A program made the translations under genes and the position numbers. DNA of 63,727 nucleotides, taken from Candidatus Fervidifonticultor quintus. Its GTDB lineage: Bacteria > Sysuimicrobiota > Sysuimicrobiia > Sysuimicrobiales > Humicultoraceae. Within the stretch, counting starts at the first letter, position 1; each line of letters begins with the position of its first letter. Below are positions 51,921 to 60,550 of this stretch, in pieces. The stretch spans positions 1-63,727 of the forward strand of contig JAVKIJ010000007.1 in NCBI GenBank assembly GCA_031459535.1, given 5' to 3'. Below the pieces are notes generated by a model. That model saw only the letters and a list, made by a program, of their open reading frames with translations, had not been told where the DNA came from and did not search any database.

Positions 51921-52970
51921 ATGGCGGTCGGCATCTACGACATCGGCAGCTACACCTTTGCGCCCGAGGCCTTCTTCCCCAGGGACCTGTTCGAGCGCAT
52001 CACCGAGACCCGTGTGCGCGATCCGGACGTGGTCGAGGACGAGGCGCGCCGCCGGCAGCGGCGAGCCCATCTGGCACCGGACGGCCGCCTGGTGATCCTG
52101 GCCGCGGACCATCCGGCCCGTTACATCACGGCCGTGGGCGATGACCCGCTGTTGATGGGCAGCCGCTGGGGCCTGCTGGGCCGCATCCTGCGCGTGCTGA
52201 CCGCACCCGACGTGGACGGCGTCATGACCACGCCGGATATCATGGAAGAGCTCTTCATTGTCAACCGGTTTGTCCGCGAGGCCGGGGGCAGGCCGTTCCT
52301 GGACGGTCGGGTGCTGGTCGGGTGCACAAACCGCGGCGGCCTGGCGGGCACGGCTTTCGAGATGGACGACCGCATGACCGCCTACACCCCGGAACGCCTG
52401 GCGCAGATGCGCCTGGACGGGGCCAAGATGATGTTCCGGCTGGACCCCTCCGAGCCCGCGTGCCTGGACACCATCGAGGCCTGCGCCAGGGCCATTGACC
52501 GCCTCTACGACCTGGGCATCCCGGCCTTCGTCGAGTGCCTGCCGGTGCGGAAGAGCGAGGGCCGGTACACGGTGCTCAAGTCGGCGCCCGAGCTGGTCAA
52601 GGTGATCGGCGTGGCCACCGCGCTGGGCAAGTCGTCGCTGGGCACCTGGCTTAAGGTGCCCTACTGCGAGCGCTACGAGCTGGTCGCCCAGGCGACCACC
52701 TGCCCGATCCTGATGCTGGGCGGCGAAGCCAGGGGCGATCCCACCGGACTCCTGATCGAGTTGGCCGCGGGCATGAGGGCCGGCGCCGCCATTCGGGGCG
52801 CGCTGGTGGGCCGCAACGTGACGTTCCCGGGGCGCGAGGACCCCCGCGCGGTGGCGGCCGCGGTGGCGGGCATCGTCCACAGGGGCTGGGACGCGCGCGA
52901 GGCGCTGGCGGCGCTGCCGGCGCAGCGCGGCGTGCAGATGGACTACTTCACGTCGCTTCCGGGTCGGTGA
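51921..52970 (+). CDS. Class I aldolase-like TIM-barrel protein (Cgl0159/DeoC-LacD-like)
   Basis: ILAADHPAR, NRGGLAG..FEMDDR, WLKVP, LMLGG, LVGRN. Confidence 0.75.
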   Translation: MAVGIYDIGSYTFAPEAFFPRDLFERITETRVRDPDVVEDEARRRQRRAHLAPDGRLVILAADHPARYITAVGDDPLLMGSRWGLLGRILRVLTAPDVDGVMTTPDIMEELFIVNRFVREAGGRPFLDGRVLVGCTNRGGLAGTAFEMDDRMTAYTPERLAQMRLDGAKMMFRLDPSEPACLDTIEACARAIDRLYDLGIPAFVECLPVRKSEGRYTVLKSAPELVKVIGVATALGKSSLGTWLKVPYCERYELVAQATTCPILMLGGEARGDPTGLLIELAAGMRAGAAIRGALVGRNVTFPGREDPRAVAAAVAGIVHRGWDAREALAALPAQRGVQMDYFTSLPGR

Positions 52971-53096
52971 GGGACGCGACGCCCGGCCGCCAGTCCCGCA
53001 CCCGACCGTCGCTCGGCAGGAGCGACCTGCGGCCACCGAGAACGACGCATCCGCGCCGATAGCCCGTGCATCAGCACAACGCAGGGGGCGCGAGCG

Positions 53097-53501
53097 ATGC
53101 CGAACCGGGCGCGGGACTGGTTCAACCAGGCGCTTGTGGATCTTGAGGAGGCCGAAGGAGCCCGTGCGGCCGGGCGCCACGAGTGGGCGTGCTTCGCGGC
53201 GCAGCAGGCGGCCGAGAAGGCCGCAAAGGCTCTTCACCTGCACCTGGGCCAGGAAGCGTGGGGACACGTGGTGGCGCGCCTGCTGTCGGAGCTACCCAAC
53301 ACAACCGCAGTCCCCCAGGACTTGATCCACAAGGCGCAGGTGCTGGACACGTTCTACGTGCCGACGCGATATCCGAACAGCCACCCGGAAGGTGCGCCAC
53401 ACGATCACTACGGGCCGCTCCAGAGCCAGGAGGCAATCCGCTATGCCGGTGAGATCATTGAGTTCGCCCGTGCTCAGATGGCCGGATCGCGAGACCGTTG
53501 A
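53097..53501 (+). CDS. HEPN domain protein
   Basis: WACFAAQQAAEKAAKA, WGH, YVPTRYP. Confidence 0.88.
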   Translation: MPNRARDWFNQALVDLEEAEGARAAGRHEWACFAAQQAAEKAAKALHLHLGQEAWGHVVARLLSELPNTTAVPQDLIHKAQVLDTFYVPTRYPNSHPEGAPHDHYGPLQSQEAIRYAGEIIEFARAQMAGSRDR

Positions 53502-53844
53502 CCGCGCCATCCGGGAGTGGGTGGCGCGGGTGGCCCGAGAGCGAGGCGATGTGCTGGCCGTGGCGTACATCGGCTCCTATGCGCGCGGCGACTGGGGGGT
53601 CGGCAGTGACGCCGACCTGGTGATCCTGGTCGCGGCTGCCGACCGGCCGTTCCATCGCCGGCCGCTCGACTTCGACACCCGGGCCCTGCCGGTCCCCGCC
53701 GATGTGTTCGTATACACCGAGGAAGAGTGGCGTACCCTGGCCCGCCAGGGGCGCCGATTCCACCGGACGGTCGAGCAGGAGGGCGTCTGGGTCTACCGGC
53801 GACGCGACCCCGATCAGGCCTCCCCAACGACCGAGCGAATCTGA
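53443..53844 (+). CDS. Minimal nucleotidyltransferase (MNT) domain protein
   Basis: RBS AGGAGG; GSYARGD..GSDADL, DVFVYTEEE; overlaps the HEPN gene. Confidence 0.88.
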   Translation: MPVRSLSSPVLRWPDRETVDRAIREWVARVARERGDVLAVAYIGSYARGDWGVGSDADLVILVAAADRPFHRRPLDFDTRALPVPADVFVYTEEEWRTLARQGRRFHRTVEQEGVWVYRRRDPDQASPTTERI

Positions 53845-54521
53845 TCCCACACCGCCGGCGTGGCGTGCTCCCAGCTCCACCAGTTCACCCCGGTCACGCC
53901 GAGCCGGCGGCACGCCGCGGCAAATCGCGCGACATTCGCCGCCTCACCGGTGCCCTCAGGAAACGCGGCCCCGGTGGCCACCACCGGCCGGCCAAACGCC
54001 GACCACTGCCGGTGCACCCGCTCCATGGCCACCTCCACGTCCGGATGCAGATAGTACGCCTGCGGCCACCCCGAGTCGCACCAACCCATCGCGTATCCGA
54101 CCGGGACGCCGGGGTGCAGCAGCGGGAACCGGTGGCTGGAGAGCCCCACGTGGGCGGCCGGCGCGACGCCGCGTAACGCCGCCATGAACCGGCGGACGCG
54201 CTCCCTGCTGCCGCTGTAGCCGTCTCCTTCGAGATCCACCACGAGGCCGTTTGCCTCCAGTTGGAGCGCGCGCACACCGAAAATCTCGGCCTCGCGCTCA
54301 GGCTGCCGTCCGTAGGTGTAGGTCCACGCCCAGACTTCAATCCCGTGGGCCTGCAGCCGCTCGACCACGCGCGCGAGGGATGCGCCGTTGTAGGGCGTCG
54401 TCCCGTCGGCGATCTTCAGGACGATGTGGTCGAGGCCGACGGCCCGGCACCGCGCTGCGATCCTGTCGGGATCGCCCGCCTCGCAACGGCGGAGGTTCCA
54501 GATCCACATGCCCCAGGTCAT
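53814..54521 (-). CDS. Hypothetical protein with possible glycoside-hydrolase-like TIM barrel
   Basis: MWIW, LKIADG, VDLEG, PQAYY, NWWSWE patterns resemble lysozyme-like GH barrels; start could be up to 54581. Confidence 0.5.
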   Translation of the reverse strand: MTWGMWIWNLRRCEAGDPDRIAARCRAVGLDHIVLKIADGTTPYNGASLARVVERLQAHGIEVWAWTYTYGRQPEREAEIFGVRALQLEANGLVVDLEGDGYSGSRERVRRFMAALRGVAPAAHVGLSSHRFPLLHPGVPVGYAMGWCDSGWPQAYYLHPDVEVAMERVHRQWSAFGRPVVATGAAFPEGTGEAANVARFAAACRRLGVTGVNWWSWEHATPAVWDQIRSVVGEA

Positions 54522-54624
54522 GGCAACAGCATCGAGCCCGCGGTCAGCAGCGCCGGGCGCGTGCGAACTCATTCGACACAATCGTTACATTCCTGGTGCG
54601 CAATGGGAGTGGGGGTGATGCCTC

Positions 54625-55089
54625 ATGAAGCACGCAACTACCTTTGCTGCCGCTCTACTCGCCGCAGGCATGCTGGCGGCCGCGGCCTACGGTCAGGCTG
54701 GCTACGGGGACTACGCGACCACGCCGGCGCCGCAGGCTCAGGCCGGCGCGGTCAGGACCCAGGTCCGCACGGCCCTCACGCACGCCGGGTTCGCGGCGAC
54801 TGCCGACACCCCAAACGGCGTCGTGCAGCACCTGGGCCACGCGTTGAACTGCCTGGAGGGCGAGGGTGGCAAGAACTTCAACCGTGCGTGGGGCCACGTG
54901 TGCCAGGGTCAGGGCAGGGGCATACTGTCCGACCTCAGAGCGAGCCCGGGGAACGACCTGATGCTGGTGGCCCAGGCCGCCGCCGACCTAGCCGCGGCCG
55001 GCACGCGGAGCCGCAGCGTCAACGAGTCCCGGATGGCGGCGAAGGGCGTCGCGGCACTGCTGCAGGTGATGGCCGATGCGCTGAAGTAG
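54625..55089 (+). CDS. Hypothetical secreted helical protein with two Cys and clustered His
   Basis: Signal peptide; QHLGHALNCLEG, WGHVCQGQG. Confidence 0.7.
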   Translation: MKHATTFAAALLAAGMLAAAAYGQAGYGDYATTPAPQAQAGAVRTQVRTALTHAGFAATADTPNGVVQHLGHALNCLEGEGGKNFNRAWGHVCQGQGRGILSDLRASPGNDLMLVAQAAADLAAAGTRSRSVNESRMAAKGVAALLQVMADALK

Positions 55090-55121
55090 GCCGGCCCCGA
55101 CCGTGGGCCGGCCGCCCGGCG

Positions 55122-56096
55122 CTACGGGTACGACGCGAGGGTGGTGATCAGCAGGTCGAAGAAGCGCTCGCGGTCCAACCGCATCCCGACCTCGGCGTTG
55201 GGTGGCTCTCCGGCCTGGATGCCGGCGTATCCCCGCAGCCGGTCGGATGTCCCCTGCTCGAACCGCCAGTCGCACACGGTCATCCCGCGCGTGCGGGCAC
55301 CGGTCAGCTCCACGGCCACGTGCATCGGCTGGAACTCGATGAGCGTGGGGGCGATCATCCAGGCCACGGCACACGGGTCGTGGAGGAGGCCGCCCGGCCG
55401 GCCGAACACCTCGCGGGCAGTCCGGTTGTAGAACTCCAGCAGCTCCGCAGCCACCTCACCCAGTCGGGAACAGAGCGCGCGGATACGGGCGACCTCGGGG
55501 TCCAGGACCAGAGCCTGGCGCGTGAGGTTCAAGCCGACCATGCGGATGGGGACGCCGCTCTCGAAGACGACGGCCGCCGCCTCCGGGTCGCAGTAGATGT
55601 TGAACTCCGCTGCGGCCGTGACGTTCCCCCCGGCGGTGCTCCCGCCCATCAGGCTGATTCCGGCCAGGCAAGTCGCGAGGTCCGGCGCCTGGCGGAGCGC
55701 GACCGCCACGTTCGTGAGCGGCCCGGTGGCCACGATCCAGCAGCCCGGGTGCGCCCGGACCACATCGATCATGAACTGCACGCCATGGCGCGGATCGGGG
55801 GCGGTGCGCGGGGCGGGCAGGTCCGGACCGTCGAGCCCGCTGCGCCCGTGGATCGCAGGCGCATGCTGCGGCGGCGACACCAGCGGGCGGTCCATGCCCG
55901 CCGCGACCGGAATGTCCGTGAGTCCCCCGAGCTCAAGGATCTTCAGGGTGTTCGCGGTGGTGTTCGCAAGCGGGGCGTTGCCGCTGACGGTCGTGATGCC
56001 CAGCAGGTCCACGTGTCGGGCGGCGAGCAGGATCGCAAACGCGTCATCGTGCCCGGTGTCCACGTCCATGACGACGGCGTAGCGTCGGTCCAGCAT
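55122..56096 (-). CDS. Nucleoside hydrolase (IUNH family)
   Basis: DVDTGHDD, HGRSGL, GPLTN, AEFN..DPEAA, LHDP. Confidence 0.93.
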   Translation of the reverse strand: MLDRRYAVVMDVDTGHDDAFAILLAARHVDLLGITTVSGNAPLANTTANTLKILELGGLTDIPVAAGMDRPLVSPPQHAPAIHGRSGLDGPDLPAPRTAPDPRHGVQFMIDVVRAHPGCWIVATGPLTNVAVALRQAPDLATCLAGISLMGGSTAGGNVTAAAEFNIYCDPEAAAVVFESGVPIRMVGLNLTRQALVLDPEVARIRALCSRLGEVAAELLEFYNRTAREVFGRPGGLLHDPCAVAWMIAPTLIEFQPMHVAVELTGARTRGMTVCDWRFEQGTSDRLRGYAGIQAGEPPNAEVGMRLDRERFFDLLITTLASYP

Positions 56097-56148
56097 CGTA
56101 CCCTCCTTCGCGTTACGCCGCTCGGGTCGTGGTCCCGACCAGCAGCGA

Positions 56149-56910
56149 CTAGATCCGCTCGGCCTCCAGGCGTCCGCGGACGATGAGGTCCTCCAGTGCC
56201 TTGCGCGTGATCGCGTCCTTGGGGACGTCGGCGATCTTGGCCGCCCGCTCCAGGACCACGAAGCGGTCGGCCACAGGGTAGACGTGGCGGGTGATGTGGG
56301 TGATCAGGATCACCGACCGTCCCATCCGGCGCACGTTGCTGATGTACTCGAGTACCCGCTCGGTCTCGCGCAGCGAGAGGGCCGCAGTGGGCTCGTCGAG
56401 CACCAGCAACTCCCCGCCGAAGTGGACCGCGCGCCCCATGACCACGGCCTGGCGCTCGCCGCCGGAGAGGGTGCCGATGGGCCGCTCGATGTCGTCGAGG
56501 TGGATGCCGAGCTGCGCCAACGTCCGGCGGGTGATCGCGCGCATCGTCTTCTTGTCGAGGATCCGGACCGGACCGAGGCGGCGGCAGGCCTCGCGCCCCA
56601 GGAAGAAGTTCTCCCAGATCGACAGTTCGTCGACGGTGCTCCCGAACTGGTGGACGGGTTCGATGCCGAGGGCGCGTGCGTGCGCCGGCGAGGCGATCCG
56701 GACCGGGCGGCCCTTGTACCGGATCTCCCCGGCGTCCGCCTGGTAGACTCCGGTGAGGATCTTGATGAGGGTGCTCTTCCCCGCGCCGTTGTCGCCCACC
56801 AGCCCGACGACCTCGTTGGGCCCCACGGTGAAGTCCACGCCCCGGAGCGCAACCGTCTCGCCGAATCGCTTGTGAATGCCGCGCATCTCAACCAGGTTGT
56901 CACCGTTCAT
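56149..56910 (-). CDS. ABC transporter ATP-binding protein (single NBD, sugar type)
   Basis: GDNGAGKST, LSGGERQ, LDEPT. Confidence 0.92.
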   Translation of the reverse strand: MNGDNLVEMRGIHKRFGETVALRGVDFTVGPNEVVGLVGDNGAGKSTLIKILTGVYQADAGEIRYKGRPVRIASPAHARALGIEPVHQFGSTVDELSIWENFFLGREACRRLGPVRILDKKTMRAITRRTLAQLGIHLDDIERPIGTLSGGERQAVVMGRAVHFGGELLVLDEPTAALSLRETERVLEYISNVRRMGRSVILITHITRHVYPVADRFVVLERAAKIADVPKDAITRKALEDLIVRGRLEAERI

Positions 56911-56925
56911 GCGTCGCGCGCCCTC

Positions 56926-57900
56926 CTATGGACGCTCGTACGGCCGACCGATCTCGCGGGGGAACGCGTCCCGCGCTGGCGCCGCGACCAGGAGGATGAG
57001 CACCGACGCGTACGGCAGCATCAGAAACAGCGCGCTCCCGCCGTGCGCCATCAGGGGACGGGCCCACGGCTCTACCTGGAGCCAGAGCCCCAGGGCGTTG
57101 AACACGGAGAACACGAACGCCGCCGCCACCGCGCGCCAGGGGTTGAGGCCGCTGAAGACCACGCACGCCAGCGCGACGAATCCCCGGCCCGCAATCAGGT
57201 CGATGGACGCCAGGCCGATCCAGTCCAGCGACATGTACGCGCCCCCCAACCCGGCCAGCGCCCCGCCCAGGACGCACGCGGCAAGCCGGAGCCGGTGCAC
57301 CTCGATCCCGGACACATCGCTCACCAGGGCGTTGTGTCCGACCGCGCGCAGGCGCAGGCCGAAGGGCACGTGCTGGAGGAGCCCCACGACCATGATCGGC
57401 ATGAGCACGGTCACGACGGACAGCCACCGCAGCAGGCCGGCGGGCGTGGCCAGGGGCGGGATGCGGAGGGCCTCGGGGACCCGGTGGAAGCCCGGAGCCC
57501 CCCAGATCTCGAAGATCAGGAACGCCACGGCGCCGATGCCGAAGAAGTTGAGGCCGAGCCCTGCGATGGTCTGGTTCGCCCGACCGTAGGTCACCGCCAG
57601 CCCGAACAGCAGGGCCACGGCGGCGCCGCTCAGCAGACCGCCGCCGAGCCCGACCAGCCCGCTGCCGCCGAGCTCTGCCGCGTACACGGCGGCGACCGAC
57701 GCGATCAGCATGATGCCCTCGAGGCCGATGTTGAACACACCGCCCTTCTGGTTGACGACCTCGCCGATGGCCGGCAGCGCGATGGGCACCATCGCCGCCA
57801 GCGCCATCAGGGCCAGGCTGGCCGTGGCCGCGACCCCTCGTAGGAGGATGAGCGCGGCCGCGCCTGCGAGCGCCGCCAGGGCAACGACCACCCGGCTCAC
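56926..57900 (-). CDS. Nucleoside-type ABC permease
   Basis: GVFNIGLEG, GLRLRAVG, AGRGFVALA. Confidence 0.9.
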   Translation of the reverse strand: MSRVVVALAALAGAAALILLRGVAATASLALMALAAMVPIALPAIGEVVNQKGGVFNIGLEGIMLIASVAAVYAAELGGSGLVGLGGGLLSGAAVALLFGLAVTYGRANQTIAGLGLNFFGIGAVAFLIFEIWGAPGFHRVPEALRIPPLATPAGLLRWLSVVTVLMPIMVVGLLQHVPFGLRLRAVGHNALVSDVSGIEVHRLRLAACVLGGALAGLGGAYMSLDWIGLASIDLIAGRGFVALACVVFSGLNPWRAVAAAFVFSVFNALGLWLQVEPWARPLMAHGGSALFLMLPYASVLILLVAAPARDAFPREIGRPYERP

Positions 57901-59003
57901 TGGCTGCGCGCCTCGACCGGGCTCGGGGCCAGGGCCCGCTGGCGGGCGGCCTGCCTCGTCCGCCAGCGAGCGATGTCCCGGGAGATTCCGGGCAGCGCCA
58001 GCAGGATCACCACGATGCCCGCGAGCAGCTCGGCGAACTCGTAGACGACGCCATGGGAGAGCTGCAGGTACGACCGCGACGTCAGCACCGCCGCGACCAG
58101 GATCGCCGAGAGCACGCAGCCCAGGGGGTGGTTGCGCGCCATGGCGGACACGACGATCCCGAGGAATCCCATGCGGAGCAGGCTCTGCATGTGCTCGTCA
58201 ATGTTCCAGTACGGCGGGAAGCCTGCGGTCAGCGCGAAGCCCGCCACGCCCGCGACCGCGCCACCCAGCAGGAAGGCCAGCATCGTCAGCCGGCGCACGT
58301 CGATGCCGACGGCATGCGCGGCCATGGGATCGGCACCGCTCGCCCGGAGGTGCAGGCCGGTGGGCGTGTGATAGAGGAACACGTAGGCCGCGACGCAGAG
58401 CAGGATGGCGGCCGGCAGCATGACGGTGAGCGACGTGCCGGGGATGAACGCCTCCAACCGGCTGCTTTGGAGGATGAGGATCGTGCGCGACGGGAAGGCG
58501 CGGTCGCGCAGCGGATAGGCAATCAGGAACGCCACCAGGTAGACCGCGATCCAGTTCAGCATGATGGTAGAGAGCACTTCGTGCACCTGGCGGTGCGCCC
58601 GCAGCAACGCGCTGGGCAGCATCCAGAGGACTCCGACCACGATCGCGACCGTCAGGGTGAGAGGCAGGTGCACCGGTGCCGGCAGCGCCAGCAGCGCGCC
58701 GACCGCCACGCTGGCGCCCGCGCTGACCATCACGACACCCTCGGCGCCGACGTTGAAGATGCCGGCGCGCACGCCGACCAGGAAACACAGGCCCGTGAAG
58801 ATGAGGGGTGTGGCGAAGGCCAGGGTGGTCGTGATCCCATGGGCCGTGAACAGCGAGAAGCCGAACGCGCCGCGCAACACGGCCAGCGGCGGGTACCCCG
58901 CCATGCGCAGTACCAGCGCGGCGATCACGAGCGCCCCGGCCAGCGCAAAGAGCACGTCCCAGATGGGCTCGGCGCGCCGTACCCCGCGGCGGAGCGCCAT
59001 CAT
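57897..59003 (-). CDS. Nucleoside-type ABC permease
   Basis: GIFNVGAEG, EVLSTIMLNWIA, GF.GI. Confidence 0.9.
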   Translation of the reverse strand: MMALRRGVRRAEPIWDVLFALAGALVIAALVLRMAGYPPLAVLRGAFGFSLFTAHGITTTLAFATPLIFTGLCFLVGVRAGIFNVGAEGVVMVSAGASVAVGALLALPAPVHLPLTLTVAIVVGVLWMLPSALLRAHRQVHEVLSTIMLNWIAVYLVAFLIAYPLRDRAFPSRTILILQSSRLEAFIPGTSLTVMLPAAILLCVAAYVFLYHTPTGLHLRASGADPMAAHAVGIDVRRLTMLAFLLGGAVAGVAGFALTAGFPPYWNIDEHMQSLLRMGFLGIVVSAMARNHPLGCVLSAILVAAVLTSRSYLQLSHGVVYEFAELLAGIVVILLALPGISRDIARWRTRQAARQRALAPSPVEARSQ

Positions 59004-59036
59004 CGCCCGCTACCTCCGCGCCCGCGCGTCGCGGCG

Positions 59037-60302
59037 CTATCCGTATGTCTCCCGCAGGCGCTCGATCGGCCACCGCTGCGGGTCGCCGAACGGCCGCGGG
59101 ATGTCCACTCGGCCCCGCTCGATCAGCTGGCGCAGGCCGTCCACGATCTCCCAGGCCCATCGGGGCTGCGGCGCGCGGAGCCTGCCGTAGTTCGCGAGCA
59201 CCTCGCCGCCCTTGGAGCCGTCGAGCGCGCCGATCTCGACGGCGCGCCGCACCCACTCCCGCACGAGCTGGGGGTCGCTGAACCAGGTCCCGCGGTTACC
59301 GAAGTTCAGCCACACCGAGCGCTCGCGCTGGACCACGTCGCGGAAGCGGCCCTCCCGCACGAGCCGGACGGCGAGGAGCACGGCCTCGTCCGCCCGCTTC
59401 AGGGCGCTGCCCACCACGTGGGGGCTCACCCACTCCTGGACCGTGTCCACGCCGATGGCAAACGGCGGCTGGCCGATGGGGATGTTGCGTGTGCGGTGGT
59501 GGTCGTCCATGTACCCGAGGACACCGAGCCCCGTCGCGCCCGCCACCTGATAGACCACACAGGCCCCCTGCCGGACCTGCGCTTCAGTCGCCTCGCGGCC
59601 GCGGGCCGGATCGTTGAACGCGCCGGTGTACGTCCACACCACACGCTCCTTCCGGGCCGCCCGGGCCAGGCGCTTGTCGCGGACTGCGTCCGGGTGCGTC
59701 TCGGACAGGCGCCGGATCGCCCAGTCGACCCCCCACTTGTAGCCCATCTCGAACTCGTGCAGCACGGGAATCTCGCGCCCCAGGACGATACCCACACTGG
59801 GGCAGTCGTAGTGGAGCGCGAGCGCCGCGGCGAGCGCGCCAGCCATGGCGCTCGGCTGCTCCTGCTGGTACAGCAGGCCCAGCACGGCGCGATTGCCGGG
59901 ATCGGCGTCGCCGAACTGCGGCCGGATGTCGGAGATGGCGTACTGCCGGTCGGGAAAGCGGTTGGCGAGGTCGCGGAGGGCAGTCCCGTAGGTTGAGAAC
60001 GACGCGACGTAGATCAGGTCGAACTGGCCATCCCGCACGACCAGGGTCATGTCCGAGAGCGCGGTGGCCGGGGTCGAGACGACCACCCGCAGGTCGGAGA
60101 CCTGTCCGGTGCGCCGCGCCTGCTCGGCACCCAGCCAGTGCATGAAACTCCAGGAGAGATCGGACCGCCCCGGAGCCGCCATCAGCAGCGCGAGGCTGAT
60201 CGGACGACCCGCAGGCGACTGCGGCGCGCCCCAGGACGGCGCGGGCCACAGGGCGATCGCGATGACTCCGACGAGCACACATCGAGCGACCGTGCGCAGC
60301 AT
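59037..60302 (-). CDS. BMP-family ABC substrate-binding protein
   Basis: Signal peptide; DLSW, YQVAGATGLG, AIGVD, SALKR. Confidence 0.85.
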   Translation of the reverse strand: MLRTVARCVLVGVIAIALWPAPSWGAPQSPAGRPISLALLMAAPGRSDLSWSFMHWLGAEQARRTGQVSDLRVVVSTPATALSDMTLVVRDGQFDLIYVASFSTYGTALRDLANRFPDRQYAISDIRPQFGDADPGNRAVLGLLYQQEQPSAMAGALAAALALHYDCPSVGIVLGREIPVLHEFEMGYKWGVDWAIRRLSETHPDAVRDKRLARAARKERVVWTYTGAFNDPARGREATEAQVRQGACVVYQVAGATGLGVLGYMDDHHRTRNIPIGQPPFAIGVDTVQEWVSPHVVGSALKRADEAVLLAVRLVREGRFRDVVQRERSVWLNFGNRGTWFSDPQLVREWVRRAVEIGALDGSKGGEVLANYGRLRAPQPRWAWEIVDGLRQLIERGRVDIPRPFGDPQRWPIERLRETYG

Positions 60303-60436
60303 GTCCTCACCTCCACGTCCTGTCGTCAAGGCTCTCCCATCCCGCCAGTGCATCCACGGCCAGCACTGCCATGCCGGAACCAGGGTCAACGACTGTGATC
60401 GTGACTTCCACCGGGTTCTCCAGGTTCGACGCGGGG

Positions 60437-60473
60437 ATTTCAGTCCCCTATTCACAGCGTCACTGGTTGGAAC
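60437..60473 (-). repeat. Solitary CRISPR-repeat-like 37-mer unrelated to the main array
   Basis: Minus strand GTTCCAACCAGTGACGCTGTGAATAGGGGACTGAAAT: GTT start and ACTGAAAN end. Confidence 0.4.
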
Positions 60474-60550
60474 TGCACGTAGGGGGCCCGGCGGTGGTCT
60501 TGCCAGAGCAAGGTCTCTTGCGGTGGTCGCCGTCCATCGCGAGCCGTTTC

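Noticed and set aside
53097-53844. HEPN as a CRISPR accessory nuclease (Csm6/Csx1)
   Set aside because: No CARF domain; small stand-alone HEPN paired with MNT
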